Positions 15,171 through 29,227 are shown, counted from the first letter of the stretch. The stretch: DNA of 64,000 nt from Flaccisagitta enflata (GCA_965153355.1 OZ231126.1:16182001-16246000); one strand, 5' to 3'. The notes: a model not told the origin generated them from the sequence alone. A program made the numbers and translations.

Positions 15171-15664
15171 CAGGGGCAGTGATGTCGGATACTCTAAAAG
15201 CAGCCTTTCAGAACGTCGATCGGTCGGTCAGTTAGTTGGTTGGTCAGCCAGTCTTAGTCGGCTGTAGCCCGTTGAATAACTCACGGATCGTAAGGGCCGT
15301 TCTTCAATTGCTAGGACGTGCCCGTTGTAAAACCTATTCGAGAGTGGCGTTAGCAAACTTTGTCCCCAACCTTATTTCTTTTGATGTTGAAATGGCTCTT
15401 TTTTTAAATTGACGTGTTGACGTGTTGACGTGTTGTGGCCATATGCACGACAGGGTTATTCATGTATACTTCAAACTCGGATGAGCAGAAACTTAGGTGC
15501 CAGACGGTTGCGTTACTTGCGTAGGGGCAGCTATACAATAGACTACTGTTATAAAAAAACAAATGACGCGGGGTCATGATATTGTTGCGGACGGGTGAGC
15601 AGGAGCGTCCAACCCCCATCCACCCTCCCCTTCCCCAGACACACATACACAGAAAGAATCAAAA

Positions 15665-15729
<65 letters not shown>

Positions 15730-15730
15730 C

Positions 15731-15866
<136 letters not shown>

Positions 15867-16238
15867 CTTTTTTTCAAACGCTCTCCTTTTTTGCTGTAAG
15901 TTACGTGTTCAAGTCATCATTCTCTCATCAGAGTCACCTCAAAATCAAACAATTTCAGGATTTACATTCATTTGACTGAAGTCTGATCAAAGCAGAAAAA
16001 AAAAAACAAATCAAAATATTATTCAAAGCAAAACACGATTTATCAGCATCGAGTGACGTTAACCTACTAGTACTACATGGAGAGAGAGAGAGAGAGAGAG
16101 AGGACAAAATGACTGGGACCGAGAGACAAAATGACAGCTACTTCTATACTGAGATAGATAGATAGATAAATAGATAGATAGATAGATACAGATAAACAGA
16201 CACAAACAGACACACAGACACAAACAGACGCACAGACA

Positions 16239-16292
<54 letters not shown>

Positions 16293-16624
16293 GACTGTTT
16301 AAAACATTTTGAATAGACATTAGACAAGAGGTTATGCGATATAAAACTTTCAAAGAGGAGGGCAAAGCATTAATCTTTGACGATGATGAGAGGGCGTGCG
16401 CATGCGCAAGCCGGTATGAACAACGGAGGAGAATTATATTTGTAAGAAAAAAAAAAATCAAATTGATTACCGCGTGGATGAATACGAGAAAAAAAAAAGA
16501 AAAAAATCATTTAACTTTCCCCCCTCAAAAAAAGGGTGATGAATGCCACACGTTCATGAAAGTAGCGATGCGAGAAAAACTTGAAACTACGCTTCTAGGC
16601 GGATGGTAGAGACAAACTTGAAGT

Positions 16625-16935
16625 AAAGAAGAAGAAGATGAAGAAGTGGAAGAAGAAGAAGAAGAACAAGAAGAAGAAGAAGAAGAAGAAGAAGAAGAAG
16701 AAGAAGAAGGGGATGATGATGGAGAAGGAGAGAAAGAAAAAGAAGGAAGAAGAAGAGAAGAAGAAGAAGAAGAAGAAGAAAGAAGAAAAGAAAGAAGAGA
16801 GGGTAAGGAAGAAGAAGAAGAGGAGAAGAAGAAGAAGGAGAGGAGAAGAAGGAGAAAGATATGAAGAAGAAAATGAGGAAAAAGAAGAAGAAGAAGAAGA
16901 AGAAGAAGAAGAAGAAGAAGAAGAAGAAGAAGAAG

Positions 16936-16967
<32 letters not shown>

Positions 16968-16992
16968 GAAGAAGAAGAAAAAAAGAAGAAGA
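16625..16992. repeat. (GAA)n microsatellite
   Basis: Direct reading. Confidence 0.95.
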
Positions 16993-17701
16993 ACATAGGA
17001 AGACAGAAAAAGGTAAATAGATGAGGAGGAAGAGATTGTGAAGGGAGAACGGAAGAAATAAAGAAGGAAGGTGCGGAAAGGAAACGGAGGTGGAGAGAAA
17101 GATGTCTGAAAAGGAAACAGTAAAACAAGAAAAAAGTAAAAAACGGAAGAAAAAAAAGTGTTTGATTTTTGTTTTTGGACAACGAAGTGAAAATAAGAAA
17201 AGTTCCGTCAGAATATTTACTTTCTGCCTTTTTACCCCTTCGCCCTTATGCTTTCATTTGTTTATTTTTTGAATGTTGTACTTTTAATCATTTGTTTTTG
17301 TTTTTTGTTTTTTGTTTTTTGTTTTTTGTTTTTTGTTTTTTGTTTTTACTTCATTGTTTATTTGTTTTTGTTATCTATTTTTTTTGGTTTTTTTTCTATT
17401 CTTTCCAGTTTTGAACAAAATTCTCAACAAAACAGAAAACCGTGGAAAAAAAAAAGAATAGGAAAACAATGAAAATGAAAAGAAAGGAAAAAGAGAGGAG
17501 AGAGAAGAGCAGATGGACGAGAAGAACCAAGGTGATGAGGAGAATATATTTTTGCGTGAGATCGAAGTAGGGATGTACTATCGTCATATTTCATTCTCCT
17601 ACCACCAACTCCTCCCTTCCTCTCCTAACAACATTCACTCTCCCTTCCCCCACTTGCCTTCATTTGACTCTTTCTAATGCAATCCTGACGATACGCGAAA
17701 A

Positions 17702-17740
<39 letters not shown>

Positions 17741-17949
17741 TAGACAGATATACTGACTGACACACTAACTGGCAGGGACAGAAGAGAAACGATAGAAAAA
17801 ATGATTGCAAGGAGTTAAGAAAAATAAAAAGAAAGAAAGAAAGACAAAAGGAAAGAGAGGAATAAAGAAAGACAGAAAGAAATAAGAAAAGAAAGGACGA
17901 AAGAAAGAGAGATTGAAATAAAGAAAGAATGAAATAAAGAAATAAATAA

Positions 17950-18064
<115 letters not shown>

Positions 18065-18330
18065 ATGAAAGAAATAACAGATAATTGATGAGAGAAATGG
18101 AGATAAAAAGATGGAGAAAGAGATGAAGAGAGGTGATGAAATAAAGCTTCAAAGGAGAGGACCACGTATTGATAACGCAGGAAGATAAATGTAATGAGAA
18201 AATACAACCAGAATGAAAGAATAGAATGCTTAGAGTGAAGTGAAAAATGATCTAAGCTGTTGTGCCGGGCGGTTGGGGGAAAGAGGAGGAGGTGGTGGGG
18301 GGGGTTGTTAGGGAGGGAAAGTTTGATCAC

Positions 18331-18870
18331 TTTTTGGGCAGCGGCCTCGAAGGGGACAAATTCCTGTAGAACACAGGGGGACTTTCGTTCGTCCATTCGT
18401 CCGTCCGTGCGTCCCCCCCCAGGCCCTCTCAGACCTGAAATCTACCTTCTCAGGCCTAAAATCTGCCCTCTCAGGCCTGAAATCTGCCCTCTCAGGCCTG
18501 ATATCTGCCCTCTCAGGCCTTGAATCTGCCCTCTCAGGCCTAAAATTTGCCCTTTCAGACCTGTTACCTGTCCTCTCAGGCCTAAAATCTGCCCTCCCAG
18601 GCCTGAAATCTGCCCTCTCCGATTCAAGGCCTGAGAGGGCAGATTTCAGGCCTGAGAGGGCAGATTTTAGGCCTGAGAGGGCAGATTTCAGGCCTAAGAG
18701 GGCCTGGGGGGGGGCGGACGGACGGACGGATGGACGAACGAAAGTCCCTCTGTGTTCTACAGGACTTCTTCCCCTTCGGGGCCGCTGCCCTGCCTCTCAT
18801 TCCAATTTACAACCATGCAAAGCAGGACAACGGGTATCGCTGACCACGTTTTGCCCTTGGGCGACCTGTT
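18331..18870 (+). mobile_element. HINE-like family A, foldback copy with 21-bp minisatellite
   Basis: TTTTTGGGCAGCGGCC...TCCTGTAGAACACAGGGGGA arm inverted at ~18740-18790; (CCGT)n; GGCCTGAAATCTGCCCTCTCA repeats flip orientation near 18625; 3' AACGGGTATCGCTGACC...GCCCTTGGGC hairpin...TGTT. Confidence 0.85.
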
Positions 18871-19386
18871 AGTGTACTTCACTCACTCCATTCACTAAGA
18901 TGAATTTATCGCCTCAAAATCCTCAAAATCTATAATTTCAAACGATGGCAAAAGATGTCGCACAAATCACGATGAGGTAAAATGAGGCAGACAAATCGAC
19001 CGAAAGATTGGCACTTTTTGGCAGAGTATTGTATAAAAAGTGTAAAGAGTAGACACCCAAAAGTTGTGAGTATCGTTAACGTGCCAAGGTCAAACCTTGA
19101 TCAAAGACAAAGCGCGGATTTGATATTGATGATTTGATGTTTGATGTTTGAATGACGTAAGTAGGCTTTCTTTTTTCTCTCACTCTCTCGCGCGCGCGGG
19201 GTTAAAACTCATATTATACCATTTTCCTTTTCAAAACTTCAAAAGCAAATTTGTGCAAATGAAGCTTGATGGGCGTTAAAACCATTAAACAATGACGAAA
19301 GTCAGACGGGACTTCTCAAATGAGAGATAATATCACTTCATGACTCGAGACAAAGAGGTGATAACACCTTTTGACTGCTGAAAGTC

Positions 19387-19523
19387 TAGGGATGTGGAAG
19401 CGGTCGATTTCAATGCCGCTTCCACCGCTTTCCACCGCTTTCGCTTCCGCTTCCATTTTTCAGTTCAAACACTAGTTGCTTTCTCATCCTCTAAATTGGA
19501 AGCGGTCAATCGCTTCCACATTA
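19387..19523. mobile_element. Small hAT-like MITE remnant
   Basis: TAGGGATGTGGAAGCG...CGCTTCCACAT inverted ends with internal CCGCTT repeats; AAAGTC on both sides. Right TIR eroded. Confidence 0.45.
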
Positions 19524-19611
19524 AAGTCACTTGAAACAAGGCAAAGTAGGCCATTGAGGAAAATCAAGCATGACAGACAGACCGACAGGCTGACAGCAAG
19601 ACTCGACCGTT

Positions 19612-20050
19612 AAACAAGTCACCCAAGGGTTGCACATGGTCAGCGGTACCCGATGCCCTGCTTGGAGTGATAGCTGAAGACATGGAGTAAGAGCAGGGCA
19701 GCGGCCCCAGAGGGCCGATGTCCTGTAGGACACAGGGGTGAATTTCCATATGTCCTGAGAGGGCATATTTGAGGCCTTTGGAGCAATTTTCCATGATATT
19801 GAATGGGAAATTTGCATTTATTCATCAATTTGCCATGCTATTCAATAGGAATTTCACATTTTTTTCATTTTTCATCAATTTTCCATGTTATTCAATGGGA
19901 AGTTTGCATTTTAACAATTTCTCATGTTATTCAATGGTAATTTGAGGATTGAGAAGCTACAGGGGGGGGGGAGACGGACAAACAGACGTACGTAATGGTT
20001 CACCCCTGTGTCCTACAGGACATCGGCCCTCTGGGGCCGCTGCCCAAAAA
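19612..20050 (-). mobile_element. HINE-like family A with ~40-bp AT-rich core repeats
   Basis: Same termini and long subterminal inverted repeat (GGGCAGCGGCCCCAGAGGGCCGATGTCCTGTAGGACACAGGGGTGAA) as family A; core TTTTCCATGTTATTCAATGGGAA repeats. Confidence 0.8.
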
Positions 20051-20199
20051 GGATTCTTGGTGAACCTAACAAGGCCGGATTCCAATCGCGGTTGGTCGGT
20101 CAGAGGGTAGTAGTGCCTTCTAATGCATGCACGTTCCGACTGAGCGACTGACACAGCAACATATAGTCTTGTGTTCGTTACTGAAAAGAAAGACTAAAG

Positions 20200-20480
20200 C
20201 ATGGACGTATGGGACGCCACGTTCACTACTCCCATGGACGAGGTAAGAGTCAAATTCAAAATTTCTTTTAGAAAAGGTTTCTTTGGGGAAACATTTTAAT
20301 TAGTTTTTTTGAAAAATTAAAGAAAAAAAACACATTTAGTTACAAAAGATCTTCGTTTAACAATGATACAAAAAATAGAGAAAAAAAGTTTTTTTTACAG
20401 TTTTCACCATATACAAAAGTATGTCTTAGTCTTTTCTCGGCCTTAAAATGCTAGGTAAACGTGACTCCCATACATCCATG
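20200..20480. mobile_element. hAT-type MITE
   Basis: TIR CATGGACGTATGGGA / CATGGATGTATGGGA; 8-bp TSD GACTAAAG / GACTAGAG (one mismatch). Confidence 0.75.
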
Positions 20481-20611
20481 GACTAGAGGAGGCTGACGGT
20501 ACTCTACTGCTTAAACGATTATGGGGTTTTGATCCCTTGACTAATCAGTTCAGAGTCAAATTGCAATTTTAAAATGAAAGCGAAAAACTCTTTAGTCTCC
20601 GTCAATAAATA

Positions 20612-20685
<74 letters not shown>

Positions 20686-20793
20686 AATTAGTCGCTCGAT
20701 TTTACGGCCAGAGAGTGAGGTGTGAGTCATGCAAATGCATTGCACTCAAATTGGAGAGAGACAGAAAAAAAGCGATAAAATGCACCCCCCCCC

Positions 20794-20997
20794 AAAAAAA
20801 AGGCCGGATACACGGCTACCCTTGTCGCGTGCGGGTGGGCAGGAGCAGTACTGGAGAGGGTCACTGGGTCATCTGGGCAGAAGCTGTATGCTCATAAAGC
20901 TCAAAAACGCCGAAAAAGTAAAAAGGGGACCAACCGACCGACCGACCGACGGACCGACATAGCGGGGTGTAGAGTCGCGTAGCACGCGACTTAAAAA
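20794..20997 (-). mobile_element. HINE-like family B
   Basis: AGTCGCGTAGCACGCGACT inverted repeat, (GACC)n, GCCGGATACACGGC hairpin, A/T-run ends. Confidence 0.8.
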
Positions 20998-21959
20998 TGG
21001 ATGTGATCGAGTGAAAGTCCAGTAGGCGATAAAAAGATCTTTTCTTGGCGCACCATATATATCAAGCACATTCTTTTTGATTTAGACGTGATTAGAAAAG
21101 TACTTATGATGCCCATTCATTACATGCCTTTCATACACATATATCAAATTACATCTTGGTTTATTTATTAGTTAGTTGGTGAGCTGATCTTGTAGAGCAA
21201 TTTTGAATTCTTTTCTCTTGTTTTTATTTTTCGTTCAATAGGTCGTAACTTATGATTTTTATATTTTAGACTCATTCAGCCATTTTGAAGGTCAATCATG
21301 TGTGATTATGAAGTAATATAATTTTGCACCTATCAGGCTTGTCAAGCTTGTCTCCTGCTTTCTCTATGGTCGGTTTTCTGCCATAAGGACATTTGAACCA
21401 ACGACTCTGAAATATACTCGTAAACAGAAGATAATCAAGGACAATCATTCCCCATTAGGGACCTCTCTATAACATCAAAAACAAAAACAATGGGAGAAAA
21501 ATATCCTTCCTCTGACAATTCCACCCTCCCCCACGCTCTCTTCCACCCCAATCCCATCCTATCGTAAGTCTCTTCTTCACCTTGCCGGGGAGTCGTATAC
21601 AATTATTGCAAAAAGGGTTTTGATACATTCCTTCGCTTTTCTGTCCATCGAGGAACTCGACCCCGGACCAGTGGGTGATCATAGCCGCCCGTGAGAGAGA
21701 GAGAGAGAGAGAGAGAGCATTCCTAATGAAACCGGAACTGACCTTGATGCAACGACCTTACATGACTTTTTCTGCCCCTTTACAGTTGTAACCCCCTACT
21801 AGGGGCCCAAGATGCTATTGTAAACTTATCTTTGGAATACAAAATCTTGAGGCCCTGTAGAAATTCTCTAGTTACAGTTTGTACCTACAGTAATGTACAT
21901 CTCTCTTGGGCAATATCACAGTCTCATAACAAAAGCTTGACTTGAATTGCAACATATTT

Positions 21960-22111
21960 TGGAGCACCGCTAGCGCGCACCTGCTATTAAGCCATGCCCG
22001 CCTATAGGGAATACAAATTACTGTCCTATGAGATATCTTATGGTTATTTCTAAATTGGCAATAAAGCAGCTTTGCTACAAGGTAAAATTTTGCTCAGTCC
22101 CTTGACATGTG
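21960..22111 (+). mobile_element. Tigger/pogo-like MITE (same family as 14601-14750)
   Basis: Collinear similarity GGAGCACCGCTAG...CAGTCCCTTG with the 14601 copy; ends GCTCAACTG. Confidence 0.55.
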
Positions 22112-22365
22112 CTCTAATGAAGCTCAACTGCACTAACTATGATATAGTTAATATAGTGAGAATCTACTGTACGTCGGACTATCATCAAATTCCTTCAGGA
22201 ATTCTTATTCTATTCAAAATCCTCTCCGGAAGGAATTGGCGCATGGTCGGCTTCTTCGCATTTCCTCTACTCTTTATCCCCCTCATCATTTCATTTTAAT
22301 TTTGCATTTTGTCTAACAAGAGAAAACCTGGTAAAAAGATATTTTGATTTTGTTCTAGTAGAATG

Positions 22366-23168
22366 AAGAGTCGCAAAAGCGTTAGATGGTCAGCGGTAAC
22401 CGAGGCCTGCTTAAGCAGATTGTAGTGGAAGTTGAAGGAGGGAGCAGGGCAGCAGCCTCAAAGGAGTCGATGCACAGCGCAATCTGTAGTGACATTAATG
22501 CCCTGGGGAATTCCCCCATTACGATTATTCATAAGTGAACCGGGCACAGTCTAAAAATATCAGAGTTTGATCCAAGGGAATTCCCCGGGGAATCCCCCGT
22601 TTAGACTAACTTATTTTCTTCATTTCCCAATTTTGATTAAAAAAAACTAAACTAAACGGGGCATATGCCCCGCTAAGTCCCCGTTTAGTCCCTGAATCAT
22701 TTTTTTCATTAACTTTTAACGGCGCATAAAACTAGGCATATCCAAACTCTAACCTTTTTTTACCGGAGACATCAAGGCTTTTGCCCGGGGCATTAATGTC
22801 ACCTTTTTGTACTACAGATTGCGCTGTGCGATGGCCTATATATTCTTTCACACATATAGGGAATTTTCTCCTCCTCTTTCTAGCAATTGAAATTTGGGTC
22901 CTTTGGCTGAGATTTGGGCCGGGAGGCTTGGATGTGGGCCTGGGGGCTTGGATTTGATTCGGGAGGCTGGGATTAATGTCATGAGGCTGGAATTGGAGCC
23001 TTGAGCCTGGGATTAGAGTCTTGAGGCTGGGATTAGGGTCTTGAGGCAGGGAATAGGGCCTTGAGGCTGGGATTTAAGCTTTGAGGCTGGTGTTTGGGCC
23101 TTAAGGCTGAGATTTGAGCCTCAAGGTTGGGATTTAGGCATTGAGGTTAAGATTTGAGGGGGGGGGGA
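22366..23168 (-). mobile_element. HINE-like family A (subtype 3), 5'-truncated, carrying a nested MITE
   Basis: Collinear with the adjacent copy 23178-23653; ~21-bp GAGGCTGGGATTTGGGCCTT core repeats. Confidence 0.75.
22473..22828. mobile_element. Transib/RAG-like MITE (CACAGCG termini, 5-bp TSD)
   Basis: Perfect 18-bp TIR CACAGCGCAATCTGTAGT; TSD CGATG at 22468-22472 and 22829-22833; the empty site GTCGATGACC is visible in the sister HINE at ~23277. Confidence 0.85.
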
Positions 23169-23177
23169 AGGAGAAGG

Positions 23178-23790
<613 letters not shown>

Positions 23791-23956
23791 GTAAAATGGT
23801 GAAAAATAAAAAAAATCAAAAAATCAAACTGGCTGCATAGTGATTTTCACCGTTCAACTATTTGGCCGCCGGCGATTTCCCATCATTCAGGCTTGTTGTT
23901 CACCTTTGTTTTGCCTTCTTGGGTTCTTGTGCTGCGATGTTGCCAATTTCCTATGG

Positions 23957-24056
<100 letters not shown>

Positions 24057-25461
24057 ACATGTTGACTACAAAATTTCTACGAGTTTTGACCGCTCGGAGG
24101 TTTCGAGGTCACAGAAGTAAAACAACCCAATTTTGAAGGATGTTAGGGTTTCATGACGTAGATGATGATGAGCAAGCCTTGATGGGCCGATTGAGTGGGT
24201 GTAAAAATTTGATGGTCAATCACCTCAATGGAGGCCAATGATAATAGCCAGATGGTCAGTGGTCGGAGGGGTTGTTAATAGGTCAACTATCAAACCGCGA
24301 TCCTAAGCGAGATCGACCATGAATCAAAGGGATGCACGTGAAAAAAAAAAAAAAGAAAGAAAAGAAAAGAAAGAAAAATTAAGAATTTAAACAAAGATAT
24401 AAAATGTCACGCAGGTGTGTACACTGTTCAATGACTCGAATTTGCGCGTGACGGACCGTCGGACGAACCGATGGACCGACCAGGGATACGACGCGACCAG
24501 GTGCTTTGGTGTCTAAAAAGATAAATGCTTGTTCGAAAGTATTAACAAGTGACCGATCGATTGACAGTCTAAATGAAGTATGAAGTCTAATCCTCTCTCT
24601 CGAATTTATCCATAGTCTATTGATTGCCATACTTAGAATGTTTTATAGATTAAATGCGATTGCATCATTCTGTGGATTCATCGCTTTGTTTTTCAGGGAT
24701 TTGATGGTTGTCAAAAGATATGTTTTTGTCTACGCCGAGACAATGAGAATGAGGAAATTTCAGAGGGTAAAAAGTGCAAGTAGGCCAGTGCGCCGGGTGG
24801 ATCATCGAGTATCTGCTTGACGGACAGACCGACCGACTGAAAATCGGTTATAGCAGTGCCTCGGCACCCATGATCCAGCACTGCTCCTGCCCATCCGCAC
24901 GCGACTAGGGTAGCCGTGTATCCGGCCTTCTTTCATTTTTAAGATCATTAAAACGTCATTTTCGACGTCTTTAATTCTATCAAGATTTTGAACCATGCAT
25001 ACGTCTGTAATCAATTCTTTGGAATCAAATTAAACATGAAAGTAAAGAAAGCTGCTTTAGGAAAGAAGCTAGTGCAGCTTCTGTGCGTATTACTGACTAA
25101 TAAGAGAACATGTTTTCACTTAACTCTAACTAATTTTTTTTTATTGGTAATCAAGAATTATTGGGGAAACGAAATTTGAAAAATATATATAGGAAGGAAA
25201 ATGACATTCTGAGCAATATTCGTAAACTTCTTACCTATTCACTCGTTTTACACGCACCTGCGATTCTGAGCCTGGACTGTATCTACTGGACTATTGAATG
25301 CACGCACATTAGGACATGAAAATAAGAAATCAGTGATGGATTTTTAAGGATTCAATTTCTTCTCTCCCTTTCCCATTTCGGCGCGGCCCGTGTGAAGCGC
25401 AAAATCGATTAAATCGGTAAGCAAAATTGCCTGCTGTATCAAATTTACGTGATCTCCTTAA

Positions 25462-25552
<91 letters not shown>

Positions 25553-25555
<3 letters not shown>

Positions 25556-27237
25556 GGAATGGAGTTTGGGTTATCCAAATGCAAATGTGTGAATATGGTT
25601 AGTGGAAAACACAAGAGCATTGGTGGGATCACACTAAAATCTGGAGGGGTCATGGAAGAGTTAAGTGCGGATGAGTTCTACAAATACCTGGGAATTGAGG
25701 AATTAGACTCAATCAAGCACAGTATGGTAAAGGCAAAGGTGAGTAAAAATGTAAAGGCAAAGTTACGCAAATTACTAGAGTCGGAATTAAATGCCCGTAA
25801 CCTTTTCCATGCTATTAACGAGAGCATTCTCCCAATAATCACCTACACATTTGGGGTGATTGAGTGGAATGAAGAAGAACTAAAAGGATATGATGTACAA
25901 ATACGGAAAATGCTTAACTTATATAAAGCATTTGAGTTGAAAAGCGACATAGACAGACTGTATTTGCCAAGAATTGAAGGCGGCCGTGGACTAATATCTG
26001 TATGGGACTCCTTCCAGTCTAGCACCTGTAGAATTGCACATGCCATATCACACACAAGTAACCAAATCCTCTCACAGTGCATAGAAACCGAGAAAAAAGG
26101 CATCTACTCAAATATTAACCGGGCCAAAAAGTATGAGCAAAATGTAAAAATTACCCTCCCAGAAAATTACCTTGACAAATCACTCATGACCCAAGCAAGA
26201 GTCAAAGCGAAGGCGATGAAAGATGCATTGGCTAAAGTTCACCTAGCCACATATAAAGAAAAATCCCAACATGGTGCATATTTACGCATGCTTGACGATA
26301 CCGGGGCAGACAAAAAACTCTCCATGGCCTGGCTTAGGAAATCCTTCCTTGACCCCCACACTGAGAGCTACATCTGCGGCGCCCAGGAACTTGCGGTAAT
26401 CACCAAGTACCATGAAAAACACATCTTGAAAAACAGCAATGACGACCTGTGCTGAATATGTAAAAAGGACCCAGAATCTATCTATCACATATTAGGCGCC
26501 TGTGATGTGCTAGCAAAACGGGAATACTTTGACAGGCACAACAACATTTGCCAGTACATACACTTCAAGATACTGAAGCACTACAACATTGACACTGGAG
26601 AAAACTGGTACAGGCATAAACCCGCTGAAGTTATTCTAAAACCAACATGCGAGATAATCTATGACCAAGTAATAGCTACAACCAGACCAGTGGGTGCAAA
26701 TAGACCTGACATTATAATCAAAGACATTTCGATGAAAAAGGCTTACATTATCGATATCTCATGCCCCGTTGACATAAATGTGGGAAAGAAAGAAGCTGAG
26801 AAAGTATCAAAATATATGGGCTTATGTGCTGAGCTGAACCGCATGTGGGGGATAGATACTGAAATCATACCAGTCATCGTTGGGGGGCTTGGAACTGTCT
26901 CAAAGAACATTGGGGACTAACTTGCTAAGATACCCGGGCTACCTGACGTATTCATGTGTCAGAAAATATGCCTCCTTGGATCGAAGAAAATACTACGTGA
27001 TGTCTTGAGACGCCGCCGATGATGCCGAGCCCAAGGAAACAACAACGCACCAACATACTACAAAACCTTACCTGTTTAAGACAATTCTCTAAGACAGCTC
27101 TAAGACAGCTTTAAGGCAGTTTTAAGTCAGCCCTAAATAAGACAGCATTTATCTCCTATGAGGACAAGCGCTCTTCCGGAGAAATGAACAATGCGCCCAG
27201 AGCTGCAACTCTGGTGATGATTCTTCAATATATCATA

Positions 27238-27240
<3 letters not shown>
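25553..27240 (+). mobile_element. 5'-truncated non-LTR retrotransposon with restriction-like endonuclease (R4/Dong-like clade)
   Basis: One frame 25553-27022 with two in-frame stops (26453, 26918): RT C-terminus (GMEFGLSKC, YKYLGI), RLYLPRxEGGRGL, CCHC knuckle C*IC..HILGAC, RHN, RPD...D...KxxKY endonuclease motifs; ~220-bp 3' UTR; (CT)n on both sides. Confidence 0.9.
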
Positions 27241-27318
<78 letters not shown>

Positions 27319-27621
27319 TTTGAATCAAAAGAAACAAGATATGAGAAAATAGATTTATATCCGGAAAATATTTGTATGATGGCGGAGAGGGAGATGATTA
27401 GATAATGAATTAGTAATATTGAAAGACTAAGTGAAATGAAAGAAAAAAGAAATTAATGTCGCTTGGCAGGGGTGGCAATCACTAATACAGAGGATTTCAC
27501 GTTCCAAAACTTCACGTTACGTCGCTTAGCAAGCGACTAGAAATAAAGAAGGGCCAAAATTGGGGTGGGGTTGAATTATGTTGGCCAATATGGCTTATTC
27601 TTCTTTTTTTTTTCTTTCTAC

Positions 27622-28349
27622 TTTTTGGGCAGCGGCCCCAAAGGGGACGAAGTCCTGTAGAACACAGGGGGACTTTCGTTCGTCCGTCCGTCCGTCCGTC
27701 CGTCCGTCCGTCCATCCGTCCGTTCGTTAGTCCCCCCCTTTGTCAGACCCCTCAGGCCTCACATCAGGCCTCTCAAGCCTCAAATCCAGCCTCTCAGGTC
27801 TCAAATCCAGCCTGAACAGGCCTCAAATTTGGCCTCTCAGGTCTCAAATCTGGCCTCTCAGGTCTCAAATCTGGCCTCTCAGGTCTCAAATCTGGCCTCT
27901 CAGGCCTCAAATCTGGCTTCTCAGGCCTCAAATCCAAATTCTCAGGCCTCAAACCTGGCCTCTCATGCCTCAAATTAGGCCTCTCAGGCCTCAAATCAGC
28001 CATCTAAACCTCAATTTATTGCTTCCAGGCTTCAAATCAGTCCTCTGGCCTTTCAAGCCTTAATCCAGCTCTCGCAAGCCTCAAGTCAGCCCTCTTAAGC
28101 TTCCAATCGGCATTCTCAGGGCTTGTATCAGTCTTCTTAGACCTCAGTTTAGGCTCTTGAATGCCTTCAGTCAGCCCTCTATAGCATCTCATCCACTTCT
28201 TCAGGTAGGACGAACGAAAGTCCCCCTGTGTTCTACAGGACTTCGCCCCCTTCGGGGCCGCTGCCCTGCTTCCCCTCACTCCAATTCACAATCACTCAAA
28301 GCAGGGCAACGGGTATCGCTGACCACATATTGCCCTTGGGCGACCTGTT
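27622..28349 (+). mobile_element. HINE-like family A
   Basis: Same termini as 18331-18870; (CCGT)n; 21-bp core CTCAAATCTGGCCTCTCAGGT. Confidence 0.85.
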
Positions 28350-28363
28350 CTCTTTCTTCTTCC

Positions 28364-29227
28364 TTTTTGGGCAGCGGCCCCGAAGGGGACGATGTCCTGT
28401 AGAACACAGGGGACTTTCGTTCGTTCGTTTGTTTGTTTGTTTGTTTATCCATCCCCCCCCTTCGGCCTGGCCTGAAATCTGCCCTCTCAGGCCTGAAATC
28501 TGACCTTTCAGGCCTGGAATCTGCCCTCTCAGGCCTTGAATCTGCCTTCTCAGGTCTGAAATCTACTCTCTCAGGCCTGAAATCTACCCTCTCAGGCCCA
28601 AAATCTACCCTCTCAGGCCTGAAATCTGTCCTCTCAGGCCTGAAATCTGCCCTCTCAGGCGAGAAATCTGACCTTTCAGGCGTGAAATCTGACCTTTCAG
28701 GCCTGAAATCTGCGCTCTGAGGCCTTGAATCTGCCTTCTCAGGTCTGAAATCTATCCTCTCAGGCCTGAAATCTACCCTCTCAGGCCTGAAATCTACCCT
28801 CTCAGGCCTGAAATCTGTCCTCTCAGGCCTGAAATCTGTCCTCTCAGGCCTGAAATCTGTCCTCTCAGGCCTGAAATCTGGCCTCTCAGGCCTGAAATCT
28901 ACCCTCTCAGGCCTGAAATCTGCCCTCTCAGGCCTGAAATCTGTCCTTTCAGGCCTGAAATCTGCCCTCTCAGGCCTGAAATCTGCCCTTTCAGAGTTTG
29001 AATCTGAATAGGCAGATTTCAGGCCTGAGAGGGCAGATTTCAGCACTGTGAGGGCCTGGGGGGGGGGAGATGGACAAACAACAAACAAACAAACAATATT
29101 CCTCTGTGTTCTACAGGACATCGTCCCCTTCGAGGCCGCTGCCCTGCTTCCTCTTACTACAATTCACAATCATGCAAAGCAGGGCAACGGGTATCGCTGA
29201 CCACATATTGCCCTTGGGCGACCTGTT
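28364..29227 (+). mobile_element. HINE-like family A with expanded 21-bp minisatellite
   Basis: Same termini; ~25 units of GGCCTGAAATCTGCCCTCTCA, flipping orientation near 29005. Confidence 0.85.

Noticed and set aside
18420-18705. Regular 21-bp repeats as a CRISPR-like array
   Set aside because: Units are contiguous with no unique spacers, there are no cas genes, and the context is eukaryotic.
28276-29121. ORFs with 7-aa repeats (RPERADF / LKSALSG) resembling coiled-coil proteins
   Set aside because: Translation of the 21-bp HINE minisatellite; open in several frames on both strands and bounded by element termini.
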